A stretch of DNA of 64,000 nucleotides from the IMG/VR virus record IMGVR_UViG_3300014613_000002, positions 1 through 64,000 of that record. One strand, 5' to 3'. The DNA comes from a virus (lineage: Duplodnaviria > Caudoviricetes). Positions 8,660 through 17,466 of the stretch are shown in pieces. A model generated the notes under the pieces. The model had not been told where the DNA came from. It did no database searches and worked only from the letters and a program-made list of their open reading frames with translations. How positions within the stretch are numbered: position 1 is the first letter of the stretch; each line of letters opens with the position of its first letter. Made by a program: the position numbers and the translations under genes.

Positions 8660-8893
8660 ATGATAATGACTTGCCCCAAATGTCATGGAAGTGGGAAGAT
8701 ATGGCCAGATGATGCTGATACTGTTACTGGAATTAGTTGGCATACCTGTCCTTCCTGTGGTGGGAAAGGATATGTAACTGATACCCCAGAGCTCACCAGA
8801 CATGATAGCAAGGTTTATCTTGGCCATAAGACAGTATTGGAATGCCCGTACTGCCATCAGGGAATCAATATTCATGCTACGATTGGAGAATAG
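8660..8893 (+). CDS. DnaJ-type CxxCxGxG zinc-finger protein
   Basis: CPKCHGSG, CPSCGGKG. Confidence 0.75.
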   Translation: MIMTCPKCHGSGKIWPDDADTVTGISWHTCPSCGGKGYVTDTPELTRHDSKVYLGHKTVLECPYCHQGINIHATIGE

Positions 8894-9087
8894 CTAAGGA
8901 GGTAAATATGAATCGGTTTTGGAAAATAGCAGACTACCTTATAATTATCTGTGCCTGCGTTATGGGTGTCCTTACTGCAATTACTAAAAGTGTTGAGCTA
9001 TGGTGGACAATATTCTTTTGGCTATTCATAGTAATTATATCAAGGATTGAAATTATTCTTATGACTAAAATCATAAACAAAAATTAG
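8842..9087 (+). CDS. small two-TM membrane protein (likely start 8908)
   Basis: SD before MNRFWK; two hydrophobic stretches. Confidence 0.6.
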   Translation: MPVLPSGNQYSCYDWRIAKEVNMNRFWKIADYLIIICACVMGVLTAITKSVELWWTIFFWLFIVIISRIEIILMTKIINKN

Positions 9088-9116
9088 GAGAGCAGCCTGC
9101 CAAGGAGGTTTAAGAT

Positions 9117-10148
9117 ATGAGTTCATTAACAACTGACCTATTGCTCGACATTGCATCAGAGAAGAACGGCTATCGCATTGGAGACCCTTGGCGTTTCTCC
9201 GAGTTCTCCCTGGTGGCAGTTATTCCTATCACTAGAGTGGTCGAGACGCCCAGAGCTTATCGCCTTCTCTCGGAAGTTAAGGATGAGGTTCGGATTAAGG
9301 ACACTGGCTCTATCAGCCAAATAGAGATAGAGAACAAGTATGAACTACCTGTGCTTCTGAAGTCTGGTGAGATTCTCTCTGGGGCAACCCAGGAGAGAAG
9401 TCTTACTATGTCTCAATTCTTAATGTCTGGAGAAAAGATAATGGCTTCGTGTGTTTGCGTTCACTCAAGCGAGGGGATTAGGGCAGGTCAGCAAGTTAAA
9501 CCAGATGGGTTTGTTCCAGCTCAAGTTAGGAGAACAGTTTTAACTAGACGACCAGATGTTAGCCCTCTTTACCGTGATTGGGGTTATGAGTCTGGTGACG
9601 GGCAGCCTAGCCAAAGCCAGGTTTGGGGTAGCATAAACAAAATGTCTGCTAGTATGTCTGATGCCACTTACAGAATGTGCTCCTATATGGCAGCTAGCGG
9701 AGATTACGGTACTATCCCAACTAGCAGTTGGACAACTTCATCTGACGACTTAGCTGGTCGGCTCAGGGAATCCAACAAGAAGTTTGAGGCCATCATCAAA
9801 AAGGTACCCAAAGCAGAAAACCAAGTTGGCTTCTGCCTAGTTACCATTGATGGTTTCGACACCCTCGATGTGTTCAACCACCCAGAATCTTGGGAGGCTA
9901 TTAGGAAGGACATCCTGAAGGCTGAGGTTACTAATATAGCCGATGTCCACAAGGACAATCCTTTCCAATACAATCCTGAGAAAGCTAAGGCAATCCTCAC
10001 TCAGCTCCTAAGTTCCAAATTTGAGGAAAAGAACATAGTGGAGAAGGAAAATACTACTACTGTTCTATTGGAAAGTGGGGAGCTGAAGGGTGAGGTCGTG
10101 ACCCTTTACGGATTGCCAATTCATCTTTCCCTATTAGGGAAGAGCTAA
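9117..10148 (+). CDS. ARPP-1/DUF6569-like protein
   Basis: VIPI..., IENKYELPVLLKSGEILSGATQERSL, VCVH pattern recalled for ARPP-1 domains. Confidence 0.6.
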   Translation: MSSLTTDLLLDIASEKNGYRIGDPWRFSEFSLVAVIPITRVVETPRAYRLLSEVKDEVRIKDTGSISQIEIENKYELPVLLKSGEILSGATQERSLTMSQFLMSGEKIMASCVCVHSSEGIRAGQQVKPDGFVPAQVRRTVLTRRPDVSPLYRDWGYESGDGQPSQSQVWGSINKMSASMSDATYRMCSYMAASGDYGTIPTSSWTTSSDDLAGRLRESNKKFEAIIKKVPKAENQVGFCLVTIDGFDTLDVFNHPESWEAIRKDILKAEVTNIADVHKDNPFQYNPEKAKAILTQLLSSKFEEKNIVEKENTTTVLLESGELKGEVVTLYGLPIHLSLLGKS

Positions 10149-10191
10149 AAGGGAAATGGCAGGCTGCTCTCAATAAAGGAGGAAAAACGAA

Positions 10192-10440
10192 ATGCTAACT
10201 TGCTTTGAATGTGGGAAAGAAACACCAATGACTAATTTCTATCTACTAAAGCAGTATAGTATTAGCTCCCATAGTCGTTATTGGCATTTTTGTAGTGCAG
10301 ATTGCTTATTAGAGTGGCTGAAAGAGCAAGACCATATAGCACGATTTGGTATCAATAAACCTAAGCTCATTACTTGGGATTGGGAGGGAAATAAAGGAAA
10401 GGAGATAGGGAGAAAATGCAAGGAACTCAATATGGACTGA
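10192..10440 (+). CDS. zinc-binding protein (TRASH/MYM-like)
   Basis: CFECG...HFCSADCL. Confidence 0.65.
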   Translation: MLTCFECGKETPMTNFYLLKQYSISSHSRYWHFCSADCLLEWLKEQDHIARFGINKPKLITWDWEGNKGKEIGRKCKELNMD

Positions 10441-10628
10441 ACGCTAAAGTTCTTCAACGCTGGTTATGTCGTTACAATGGAGGTTTTAATCTTCGTTATC
10501 CCTGCAAACATAAAGGTTGTATAAATAAACTACGGAATGGTAGATGTGGCTTAGATATGGCAAGACTAGAGATAGACGAACATAAAATATTAACAGGTAA
10601 GTGTCTTGATTTTGTAGCTACCCAGTAG
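10416..10628 (+). CDS. Cys-rich hypothetical protein
   Basis: C..C.HKGC..C..C pattern. Confidence 0.5.
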   Translation: MQGTQYGLNAKVLQRWLCRYNGGFNLRYPCKHKGCINKLRNGRCGLDMARLEIDEHKILTGKCLDFVATQ

Positions 10629-10646
10629 AAGAATAGGAGAATAAAG

Positions 10647-11054
10647 GTGGAGAATGAAGAACTAAATAAGAAAATAACAGAATGGCTAGGCTTGTGCTGG
10701 CACGAGTTCACAGAATCAGATGAGGGTGACCCTGTCACTTCCCACTGCAGCAAGTGTGGCAAGCCTGATTATGAATACGACTTGGAATTTAAAATTTGGG
10801 AACCAGCTAACCAAAATATTGAATTTACCAACAACCCCAATGCTTGCTTTGAGCAGATTGTGCCTGAGCTAAATAAACGAGGGTTGAGAATACGCATGCT
10901 AACACAATCACCCAAAAGGAAAAAATCAAAGGCTTATTTCTGCTCCATTGGTGGCAACTGGTTACCCCACCACACTGCCGATGCAGAGACTGCGTCTCTG
11001 GCAATTTGCAAAGCTGCTGAAAAGAGTATCAGTCGGCTCTGCAAAGGATATTGA
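10647..11054 (+). CDS. phage ABA-sandwich-like protein
   Basis: ELNKKITEWLG...FTNNPNACFEQIV...AETASLAICKAA. Confidence 0.55.
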   Translation: MENEELNKKITEWLGLCWHEFTESDEGDPVTSHCSKCGKPDYEYDLEFKIWEPANQNIEFTNNPNACFEQIVPELNKRGLRIRMLTQSPKRKKSKAYFCSIGGNWLPHHTADAETASLAICKAAEKSISRLCKGY

Positions 11055-11087
11055 TGAGGAGTCGCCCAAATGATATTGCTATATGAC

Positions 11088-11107
11088 AAAAGCCCCTCTC
11101 GGGGCCT
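11088..11107 (-). terminator. intrinsic terminator
   Basis: On minus strand GCCCC-GAGA-GGGGC followed by UUUU. Confidence 0.7.
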
Positions 11108-11153
11108 CTGCCGTTTGTTGGGCAATCTGTAATGGGCGAAGCCCATTAAGATT
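11088..11153 (-). ncRNA. ~66-nt small RNA with its own promoter and terminator
   Basis: Three hairpins between a consensus minus-strand promoter and an intrinsic terminator. Confidence 0.65.
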
Positions 11154-11159
11154 AAAACA

Positions 11160-11188
11160 AGTATAACATGATAAAAGGAATATGTCAA
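11160..11188 (-). promoter_or_regulatory. sigma70 promoter, extended -10, antisense to the early operon
   Basis: TTGACA (11188-11183), 17 nt, TGn-TATACT (11165-11160). Confidence 0.8.
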
Positions 11189-11204
11189 TTTTAAAGGAGG
11201 GAAA

Positions 11205-11369
11205 ATGGGATTAAGAGATATTTCAGCTTGTATTGCAATTGCTTCTTTCTGGTCTCTAATTACTTGTATTGCAGTGGAGGTAGGAATCAACCTTACCTTT
11301 GCGGTTATAATTGATTTGGTGGGTATTATAACAACAGTACTTGCAGTATCTAAGTGGATAATGCAGTAA
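11205..11369 (+). CDS. 54-aa two-TM membrane peptide (below track cutoff)
   Basis: AAAGGAGG SD; MGLRDISACIAIASFWSLITCIAVEVGINLTFAVIIDLVGIITTVLAVSKWIMQ. Confidence 0.65.
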   Translation: MGLRDISACIAIASFWSLITCIAVEVGINLTFAVIIDLVGIITTVLAVSKWIMQ

Positions 11370-12055
11370 TGTCAATTCTAGTGAGTTCCAATGAGCGCAA
11401 GCCAATCAAGCAGGCCCTAGGTGACTTTGGTATAGAAGCTAACATACCATACGACTTCAAGATATTTACCGAGAGGGGAATTATAGCTATTGAGAGAAAG
11501 AGATTCCCTGATGATTTATTGGCAAGTGTTGATGATGGTCGTTTGTCCAAAGAATTTGCTGCCATGCGAGAAGAAGGGGACTATCAGATACTAATATCTG
11601 AGGGCAGAGGAAGATACACCAGGGAAGGAAGACTGCTTTTGGGCAGGAGGCCTAGCAGATGGTTCAAGTCGGGGATAAGGTCGCTGTTCCGCTCTATAAG
11701 GTATGTTGAGGGCATAGACGTGGAATTCACTGACAACATTCCCGACACGGTAGAATGCTTGAAAGGGGTACAGCAATATTTCGACCAAGACAAGCATTTG
11801 TCCATCAGGACAAGGCTAAGCCCTGAGCCAAAGCTGTTCATCTTGACCAAGGAAGAAAGGTATCTTCACTTCCTTCAAGGCTTGCCCTCTATCAAAATTG
11901 TTCGTGCAATGGAGCTGGCAAAGGTGTTCAGGTCACCACTGGAATTGTTTGGAGCTGATATGCAGACGCTGAGAAGTGTTCCTGGGATTGGAAATGTGGT
12001 GGCTGAGGGAATCTACAACTTCTTGAGAGGATTTGACAAGCTGAAGGAAGTGTGA
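11354..12055 (+). CDS. ERCC4 (XPF/Mus81/Hef-like) nuclease with C-terminal HhH
   Basis: YDF...IAIERKRFPDDLLASVDDGRL; VPGIGNVVAE HhH. Confidence 0.85.
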   Translation: MDNAVMSILVSSNERKPIKQALGDFGIEANIPYDFKIFTERGIIAIERKRFPDDLLASVDDGRLSKEFAAMREEGDYQILISEGRGRYTREGRLLLGRRPSRWFKSGIRSLFRSIRYVEGIDVEFTDNIPDTVECLKGVQQYFDQDKHLSIRTRLSPEPKLFILTKEERYLHFLQGLPSIKIVRAMELAKVFRSPLELFGADMQTLRSVPGIGNVVAEGIYNFLRGFDKLKEV

Positions 12056-12061
12056 TATAAT
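12033..12061 (+). promoter_or_regulatory. consensus sigma70 promoter, extended -10
   Basis: TTGACA-17-TGn-TATAAT. Confidence 0.85.
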
Positions 12062-12089
12062 ACTTATATAATAAGATACAGGAAAGGAA

Positions 12090-12362
12090 ATGAGAACATT
12101 CTACGGTGTCAATTGGTGGCTTAAAGATAAAGACGACTTCAGAGATATTGATGGCTACACCACTCTTAAGCAAGCATTATCCAAAGCTAAAGCATTAAGA
12201 GAAAGTGGTAAAGGCTACCATTCCTTTATAATCTATGCTTATCATACAGAGTTAATTGATGCTGACTTCATAGAATCGGACATACTCTACCGTCGCCAAC
12301 GGTGGCAACGATTAGATGATGACTTTGAGAAATTATGGGATATAAATGGCGAACCTTTTTGA
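12090..12362 (+). CDS. hypothetical protein
   Basis: first ORF after promoter, GGAAAGG SD. Confidence 0.65.
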   Translation: MRTFYGVNWWLKDKDDFRDIDGYTTLKQALSKAKALRESGKGYHSFIIYAYHTELIDADFIESDILYRRQRWQRLDDDFEKLWDINGEPF

Positions 12363-12375
12363 AAGGAGATAGGAA

Positions 12376-12543
12376 ATGAAGCAATCCTTCTTGAGTCCTT
12401 CCTGGGTTTGTGAGAAGTGCAACACTCCTGTCTACGGGTGTCCAGGTCCGATTACAAAGTGTCCTGGCTGTGGTCACTATTATGACCCTCATAAGTATGG
12501 AAAAGACAAGTGCGATTGTAAATACTGTAAGGAGAGAAAATGA
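12376..12543 (+). CDS. 55-aa zinc-finger peptide (below cutoff)
   Basis: CEKC, CPGC, CDCKYC; SD. Confidence 0.6.
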   Translation: MKQSFLSPSWVCEKCNTPVYGCPGPITKCPGCGHYYDPHKYGKDKCDCKYCKERK

Positions 12544-12556
12544 AAGGAGGTAGGAA

Positions 12557-12727
12557 ATGAACAAACCAATCGATAATTGGGACTTCTGGGGTGTAGTATT
12601 GTTATTCCTAGCACCTACCTTGTGTTTAGTAATATGGCTTGTAATAATATCTGAAGTACGGAAACTGGATAGGAGATGGCAACAACATCATAGACATGAA
12701 AATAGGATTGGAGGTAAAGGAGAATGA
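12557..12727 (+). CDS. 56-aa single-TM peptide (below cutoff)
   Basis: AAAGGAGG SD; hydrophobic segment. Confidence 0.6.
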   Translation: MNKPIDNWDFWGVVLLFLAPTLCLVIWLVIISEVRKLDRRWQQHHRHENRIGGKGE

Positions 12728-12915
12728 AACCAACTAAAAAAAGAAAACCTATTATCGTTTGGAATCCAGATTACAATAGATACGATAAAATCTGGGTGTA
12801 GGAGGTAAAAGAGAGAGGGGAAATGAGTAAATATAGAGAAAAACAAATTTACTTAAGATTACGAAGGAAGGAAAACAGTAAGCGAATTGAGCAACTGAAG
12901 AAGGAGGGAAAGTAA

Positions 12916-13335
12916 ATGACAGGAAGGTCAAAAGATGTCGGAAATCCTATGTTGGTTAATCTTCCCCAAATTGGATATGAAGATTCGGGAGAAGGCGGTC
13001 TAGCTTTCTTTTTTGTGGTGAAGCAAAAACCGTGTGGGAGTGAGAGGCAAGTCTGTTTCGGGGGATATGTTATGTGGCCACTTCAAGATTGCCAAATAAA
13101 ACCTCGCAATTGGCCTCCATTTTTAGATAGGAAAAGAAGCTATACAGATTTTCCTCTTCAACCCATAGATGCTGGTGTTTTGGTTGGCAGCACAGGCTTA
13201 AGTCTTTGGTCGGATAATAAAGAGGAATACTTCACTCCCAATGTTACAGATTTAACTCCTGAAGGTAAGCGATTATACCATACACTTAAAAAGATATACG
13301 GTGAAGTAACAATAGTAACTTTGCTTGATACCTAG
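12916..13335 (+). CDS. hypothetical protein
   Basis: AAGGAGG SD, 139 aa. Confidence 0.7.
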   Translation: MTGRSKDVGNPMLVNLPQIGYEDSGEGGLAFFFVVKQKPCGSERQVCFGGYVMWPLQDCQIKPRNWPPFLDRKRSYTDFPLQPIDAGVLVGSTGLSLWSDNKEEYFTPNVTDLTPEGKRLYHTLKKIYGEVTIVTLLDT

Positions 13336-13353
13336 AAGGAGGGAAGATATTAA

Positions 13354-13671
13354 GTGGCTGAACTTGATAAACTGAAATCAAGAATGGAAGAAGCTCATTC
13401 CCAAAGGTGTGAAGGCGACTTTAGCCTCAACCAATACTATCGGGAGTGCTTGCTTGAGTATGCCAAGGAGCTGTTGCGGACTGAAGACATTGAGGAAATT
13501 GGAGAAATGATTACCAGGCTTGAGAAAGAGGCAGTTGTGATACAGGAGGAAATAGAAAATTTTTGGGGTATATGTGATGTTGGAGTATCTCTTGGCGAGC
13601 TGCAGGATGACTATTGTGAGCTAGTTAGTAAACATATTCGTCTCCTAGATTTGCTAGAGGTTTTGAAATGA
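13354..13671 (+). CDS. acidic helical hypothetical protein
   Basis: operon context. Confidence 0.65.
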   Translation: MAELDKLKSRMEEAHSQRCEGDFSLNQYYRECLLEYAKELLRTEDIEEIGEMITRLEKEAVVIQEEIENFWGICDVGVSLGELQDDYCELVSKHIRLLDLLEVLK

Positions 13672-13832
13672 AAAAAGAATTAGCTAGCGCAATCAAGCTC
13701 CTGGCTTCTGGCTACAAGCGAGTGGATGTAACTATCAAGATTGACAGCAAGGAGTATGAGGCAGTTTGCTATGAGATTCCAGGAGTTGGTGGCAGCATCA
13801 TTAGGATTGATTTGAAGGAGGTGAAGAAATGA
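13668..13832 (+). CDS. 54-aa hypothetical protein (below cutoff)
   Basis: ATGA overlaps at both ends. Confidence 0.55.
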   Translation: MKKELASAIKLLASGYKRVDVTIKIDSKEYEAVCYEIPGVGGSIIRIDLKEVKK

Positions 13833-14218
13833 AGGAGAATAAATTTAGAGTTTGGGATAAACTAAACCATAGATGGCTTGATTTATTCCAGTTGGTTTTT
13901 GCCAAAGATGGGACTATTATAGCTGTTAATACACTTGGCGAAACCTACGGCTTACACCAAGTAGATTTAGTTGAATATATAGGACGTAAGGACAAGAGTG
14001 GCAAGGAGATTTATGCTGGCGACCTTATCAATTGCCGAGTTAGCCAGTTTGAGGGGGTGCCTGATGAGCGACTTATATCACAGTTAGTTCATTATGACCG
14101 TAGGGGCAATTTGAAATTCGGTGACTATTGTGCTTGGTTTTGCTATGAAGAAGAAATCATTGGCAGTAAGTATGAGAATCCTAAGCTGCTAAAAGGAGGA
14201 GAAAGTGAGAAAGATTAA
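13829..14218 (+). CDS. YopX family protein
   Basis: KFRVWD, EYIGRKDKSGKEIYAGD, IIGSKYENPKLL. Confidence 0.9.
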   Translation: MKENKFRVWDKLNHRWLDLFQLVFAKDGTIIAVNTLGETYGLHQVDLVEYIGRKDKSGKEIYAGDLINCRVSQFEGVPDERLISQLVHYDRRGNLKFGDYCAWFCYEEEIIGSKYENPKLLKGGESEKD

Positions 14219-14564
14219 ATTTAGAGCCAAGGATAGGGAGACAGGGGAATGGGTATATTCTGGTAAATTTGGTTTAGCTGAGTTCTTCTATGGGATAGAG
14301 GATGGTCAACTTGATGGCGAAACATTAGGAGAGTACATAGGTCTCCCCGACAAGAATGGCAAGGAGATTTATGAGGGGGATTGGCTCAAATGGAGTGATA
14401 ACTTCTTTAAGATTATTTATGATACCTTCAATGGTTGTTGGTATGGCGAGCCACACATTGATAATCCCTTTATAGGAATACTTACAGCAAGAAGTTTTCC
14501 TAAATCAGAAATCATCGGCAATATCTATCAGGATAGTCATCTACTTGACAAATCAGAAGTTTAA
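14205..14564 (+). CDS. YopX family protein with non-canonical C-terminus
   Basis: KFRAKD, GEYIGLPDKNGKEIYEGD, IIGNIYQDSHLL. Confidence 0.9.
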   Translation: MRKIKFRAKDRETGEWVYSGKFGLAEFFYGIEDGQLDGETLGEYIGLPDKNGKEIYEGDWLKWSDNFFKIIYDTFNGCWYGEPHIDNPFIGILTARSFPKSEIIGNIYQDSHLLDKSEV

Positions 14565-14573
14565 TTATAAAAT
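14545..14573 (+). promoter_or_regulatory. promoter inside YopX 3' end; predicted leaderless HNH mRNA
   Basis: TTGACA-17-TAAAAT; ATG at 14580 is 7 nt after the -10. Confidence 0.6.
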
Positions 14574-14579
14574 AGGGTT

Positions 14580-15152
14580 ATGATAATAAAAGAACAAAAG
14601 CCAATAATTTTTGATAATCAGTGTAACTGTCAATTTAATTCTAAGTTATTGAGTGAGGCACTTATTTGGTATTTTTATCCTAAACCTATATATCATAAGA
14701 AGGTAATTTTCCTTTGGAGAGAATATCCTGCGGTAGAAGCTCGCAATGTTACTTTACATATTCATAGACTAATAGGTATGTACCTATTCCTAAAGAAAGT
14801 GGTAATAGGCAGGTCATCAAATTCTATCGTTATTCACCACAAGGATGAAAATCATCTAAATTGTTATGAGAGCAATCTTGAGGTAAGAATAAAGGGTGAG
14901 CATATATCATCTCACCTCCACGGGAGAAAGTTAAGCGAAGAGCATGGAAGGAAGATAGGTGAAGCAAATAGAAGACGAAAGGGAATAAAGCAAAAGAAAA
15001 GACGAAATATTCCGCTAGATGAGTTAGGACTAATGTTGCACGACAGAATGAGTATAAATTTGATTGCCAAGAAATTTGGTGTTGATTGGTCAACCATAAG
15101 AAACAGAATAGATGAAAACCCCGAGCTGAAGGAGACAGAGAATGAACATTGA
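14580..15152 (+). CDS. HNH homing endonuclease
   Basis: HIHRLIG...VIHHKDENHLNCYESNL; ends ENPEL. Confidence 0.85.
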   Translation: MIIKEQKPIIFDNQCNCQFNSKLLSEALIWYFYPKPIYHKKVIFLWREYPAVEARNVTLHIHRLIGMYLFLKKVVIGRSSNSIVIHHKDENHLNCYESNLEVRIKGEHISSHLHGRKLSEEHGRKIGEANRRRKGIKQKKRRNIPLDELGLMLHDRMSINLIAKKFGVDWSTIRNRIDENPELKETENEH

Positions 15153-15288
15153 AGCAACAGTAATAGAACTCTGGAACAAAGGATTGACCATACAGGATAT
15201 TGTAGTTGAGCTGCAGCTTGAGGAGGAGACTGTAGAAGATATTGTGGAAGCTATTCCGAACTATGTTGACAATATTTCGTCTTCATGA
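15142..15288 (+). CDS. 48-aa HTH-like acidic protein (below cutoff)
   Basis: AAGGAG SD; ELWNKGLTIQDIVVELQLEEETVEDI. Confidence 0.55.
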   Translation: MNIEATVIELWNKGLTIQDIVVELQLEEETVEDIVEAIPNYVDNISSS

Positions 15289-15294
15289 TAAACT
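15266..15294 (+). promoter_or_regulatory. promoter; predicted leaderless HNH mRNA
   Basis: TTGACA-17-TGn-TAAACT; ATG at 15301. Confidence 0.65.
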
Positions 15295-15300
15295 ATAAAT

Positions 15301-15786
15301 ATGACAAAGGCAGGTAATAGACGACGGCGTGAATGGTATGCAAGACACAGAGAACATGTTAAGAAATACCAAGCAGAATATTATGCAAAGCATAAAGAAC
15401 AAATTGCGCAAAGAGCTAAGGCAAGGATGGGGTGGGCAAAACGTAATCCGCATAGAGTTGCATTCTTTAACCGTAGATGTGGGATTAAGCTTAAGCAGGA
15501 AGTATTAGCTCACTATGGTGGGTGCAAATGTGTAATCTGTAAAGAGAGTAGGTTATCTTGCTTATCGCTTGACCATATTGGTGGTGGAGGCAATAAGGAA
15601 AGAAAAATGGGGAAGCTAGTAGGAACTAAGTTTTATCATTGGCTTAAGAAAAATAATTACCCTGATTTGCCTTTACGAGTGCTTTGTATGAATTGTCAAT
15701 TTATTGAAAGAGATGAACAACTGAAACATAAATATATGGATGTTCACCCAATAAGACTATGGCAACCAATCTCTAATACCAAATAA
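15301..15786 (+). CDS. HNH endonuclease (Cys-type)
   Basis: CVIC...LSLDHIGGGG...LRVLCMNC. Confidence 0.8.
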   Translation: MTKAGNRRRREWYARHREHVKKYQAEYYAKHKEQIAQRAKARMGWAKRNPHRVAFFNRRCGIKLKQEVLAHYGGCKCVICKESRLSCLSLDHIGGGGNKERKMGKLVGTKFYHWLKKNNYPDLPLRVLCMNCQFIERDEQLKHKYMDVHPIRLWQPISNTK

Positions 15787-15810
15787 ACTATCTCAATACG
15801 GAGGTGAAAA

Positions 15811-16500
15811 ATGAGCAAGATTGAGGAAGTGAAGAAGATAATTAACCCAGAATGCTTTGAGCCGTTTATACAAATATGTCCTATATGTCCTATACCTAAT
15901 AATCCAGCTTGCCAAAATTGTGAGAAGCAAGCCCACCAAATCTGCAAACTATTTGAGCCAAAGTCTGAAATGAAGAAATTAACTAACGAGGAAATGATGA
16001 AACTTCCAATGAGCGAAAGGCACAAAATCTTGGATGCACAAGTAAAGCAATTTGCCAAAGACCATCCTAACTACCCTGATACAGATGGTTGCATGTCTGG
16101 TGAGTCAACCTGTATACCAATAAAAGCTGATGAAGTTAAGCCAAAGCCTGATGAGAGTAGGTTGCTAACGGATGACGATTTTATTCAACTATTTACAGAA
16201 GAACAAAGGACACAAGGCGTTCCAGACAAATACAATTTCCCTGAAGCCATTGCTGGAAATGCTTGTTATCATCGGGTTCTAGCCAAAGCCCAAGATGCCA
16301 AGACAGCCTCCATCAAGGATGCTGAGTGCCAGCGAAGAGTGGAGAGGATATTTGAGGAGATTGAGGAGCATGACTTCAGTTATGACAGATATGGCAATCC
16401 TTTAATGAACCTAGATTTCCGAACCTCTGATGGTAGGCAATATGTAGCTCCTTGGTGGCAAGCTCTCAAGAAACGGGAGGCGAAAAATGTGGAGACCTAA
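15811..16500 (+). CDS. mosaic hypothetical protein
   Basis: SD; shares short modules with other early ORFs. Confidence 0.7.
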   Translation: MSKIEEVKKIINPECFEPFIQICPICPIPNNPACQNCEKQAHQICKLFEPKSEMKKLTNEEMMKLPMSERHKILDAQVKQFAKDHPNYPDTDGCMSGESTCIPIKADEVKPKPDESRLLTDDDFIQLFTEEQRTQGVPDKYNFPEAIAGNACYHRVLAKAQDAKTASIKDAECQRRVERIFEEIEEHDFSYDRYGNPLMNLDFRTSDGRQYVAPWWQALKKREAKNVET

Positions 16501-16738
16501 GGCAAAATGGCAGAATCCATTTCGCAAGACAGGCAATTTTGGCTGTGGTGAAGAAAGCTGGAATGAACAGCCAGAGTTTTCGGTCTATGAGGCTGGTGCT
16601 GATGCTGCACATCAGGCTGACATTGAGTGGCTTGAGTTAAATAAATCTTCAGCAACAACTGCAAAGGGTTATCATATCTTTGTAGTGTCCGATGAGGATT
16701 GGCAAGCCTTCAAAGGAGAGAAAAATGGATACAACTGA
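16487..16738 (+). CDS. hypothetical protein
   Basis: GGAGG SD; VYEAGADA. Confidence 0.65.
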   Translation: MWRPKAKWQNPFRKTGNFGCGEESWNEQPEFSVYEAGADAAHQADIEWLELNKSSATTAKGYHIFVVSDEDWQAFKGEKNGYN

Positions 16739-17171
16739 GAAATATATCAAGATGTGTGAGAAGGCAGAAGAGATACAAGGTCTCCTTGATGAGGAGGAGG
16801 ATGGTAATTATCTATACGTTAAGAAAACTCAATCTATAAAAATCACGGGGCATCCTTGGTTTTACTGGTTAGAGAACTATGGGAACGGCAATCCCTGCCA
16901 ACAATGGGTTAGCTATTACTGGGAGAGCGATTCCCCAGATTATTATGGTCAAGATGTTGTTTGGCTTCCTCGCCAAGACCAGTTACAGGAAATGATAGCA
17001 AAGCCTAAATATAACTTAGCGAAGCTAAGAGCAATTACTCACTTTATTATGAATGAATATGGAATATCAATTGATTGGTCAATGGAACAACTTTGGCTTG
17101 CCTTCGTAATGAAGGAACGTTGGAATAAGGTTTGGGATGGGGAGAAATGGGAAGAAAGCGTAAAGGATTAA
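16692..17171 (+). CDS. conserved phage hypothetical protein (likely start 16725)
   Basis: YIKMCEKAEEIQ...WLPRQDQLQEM...SMEQLWLAFVMKE. Confidence 0.75.
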   Translation: MRIGKPSKERKMDTTEKYIKMCEKAEEIQGLLDEEEDGNYLYVKKTQSIKITGHPWFYWLENYGNGNPCQQWVSYYWESDSPDYYGQDVVWLPRQDQLQEMIAKPKYNLAKLRAITHFIMNEYGISIDWSMEQLWLAFVMKERWNKVWDGEKWEESVKD

Positions 17172-17180
17172 GGAGGATAA

Positions 17181-17417
17181 ATGATACAGGATTTAATTGA
17201 TAAAGTCGTAATTGAGGAGGAAAGGGGAAAAGCGAAATGGGGAAGTGTTGACCGAACACCTATTGACTTAATGATTGCAATTCAAGAGGAAATAGGTGAG
17301 GTAGCTCATGCAATAAACCACCATGAAGGTCATAATAGGGTCGAACAGGAAATTGCAGAAGTGATAGGTCTGCTTAGTAGGCTATACGAAACACAATCAC
17401 TTAAGGTTGAAATTTGA
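17181..17417 (+). CDS. MazG-like nucleotide pyrophosphohydrolase
   Basis: IQEEIGEVAHAI...EQEIAEV acidic motif. Confidence 0.7.
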   Translation: MIQDLIDKVVIEEERGKAKWGSVDRTPIDLMIAIQEEIGEVAHAINHHEGHNRVEQEIAEVIGLLSRLYETQSLKVEI

Positions 17418-17466
17418 CAAATTTTTGTGGGTATAATATAATTTAGTTAAAATATAATTTAATTGA

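Noticed and set aside
11088-11369. Confirmed type I toxin-antitoxin pair
   Set aside because: I found no extended complementarity between the sRNA and the peptide mRNA; kept only as a hypothesis in the findings.
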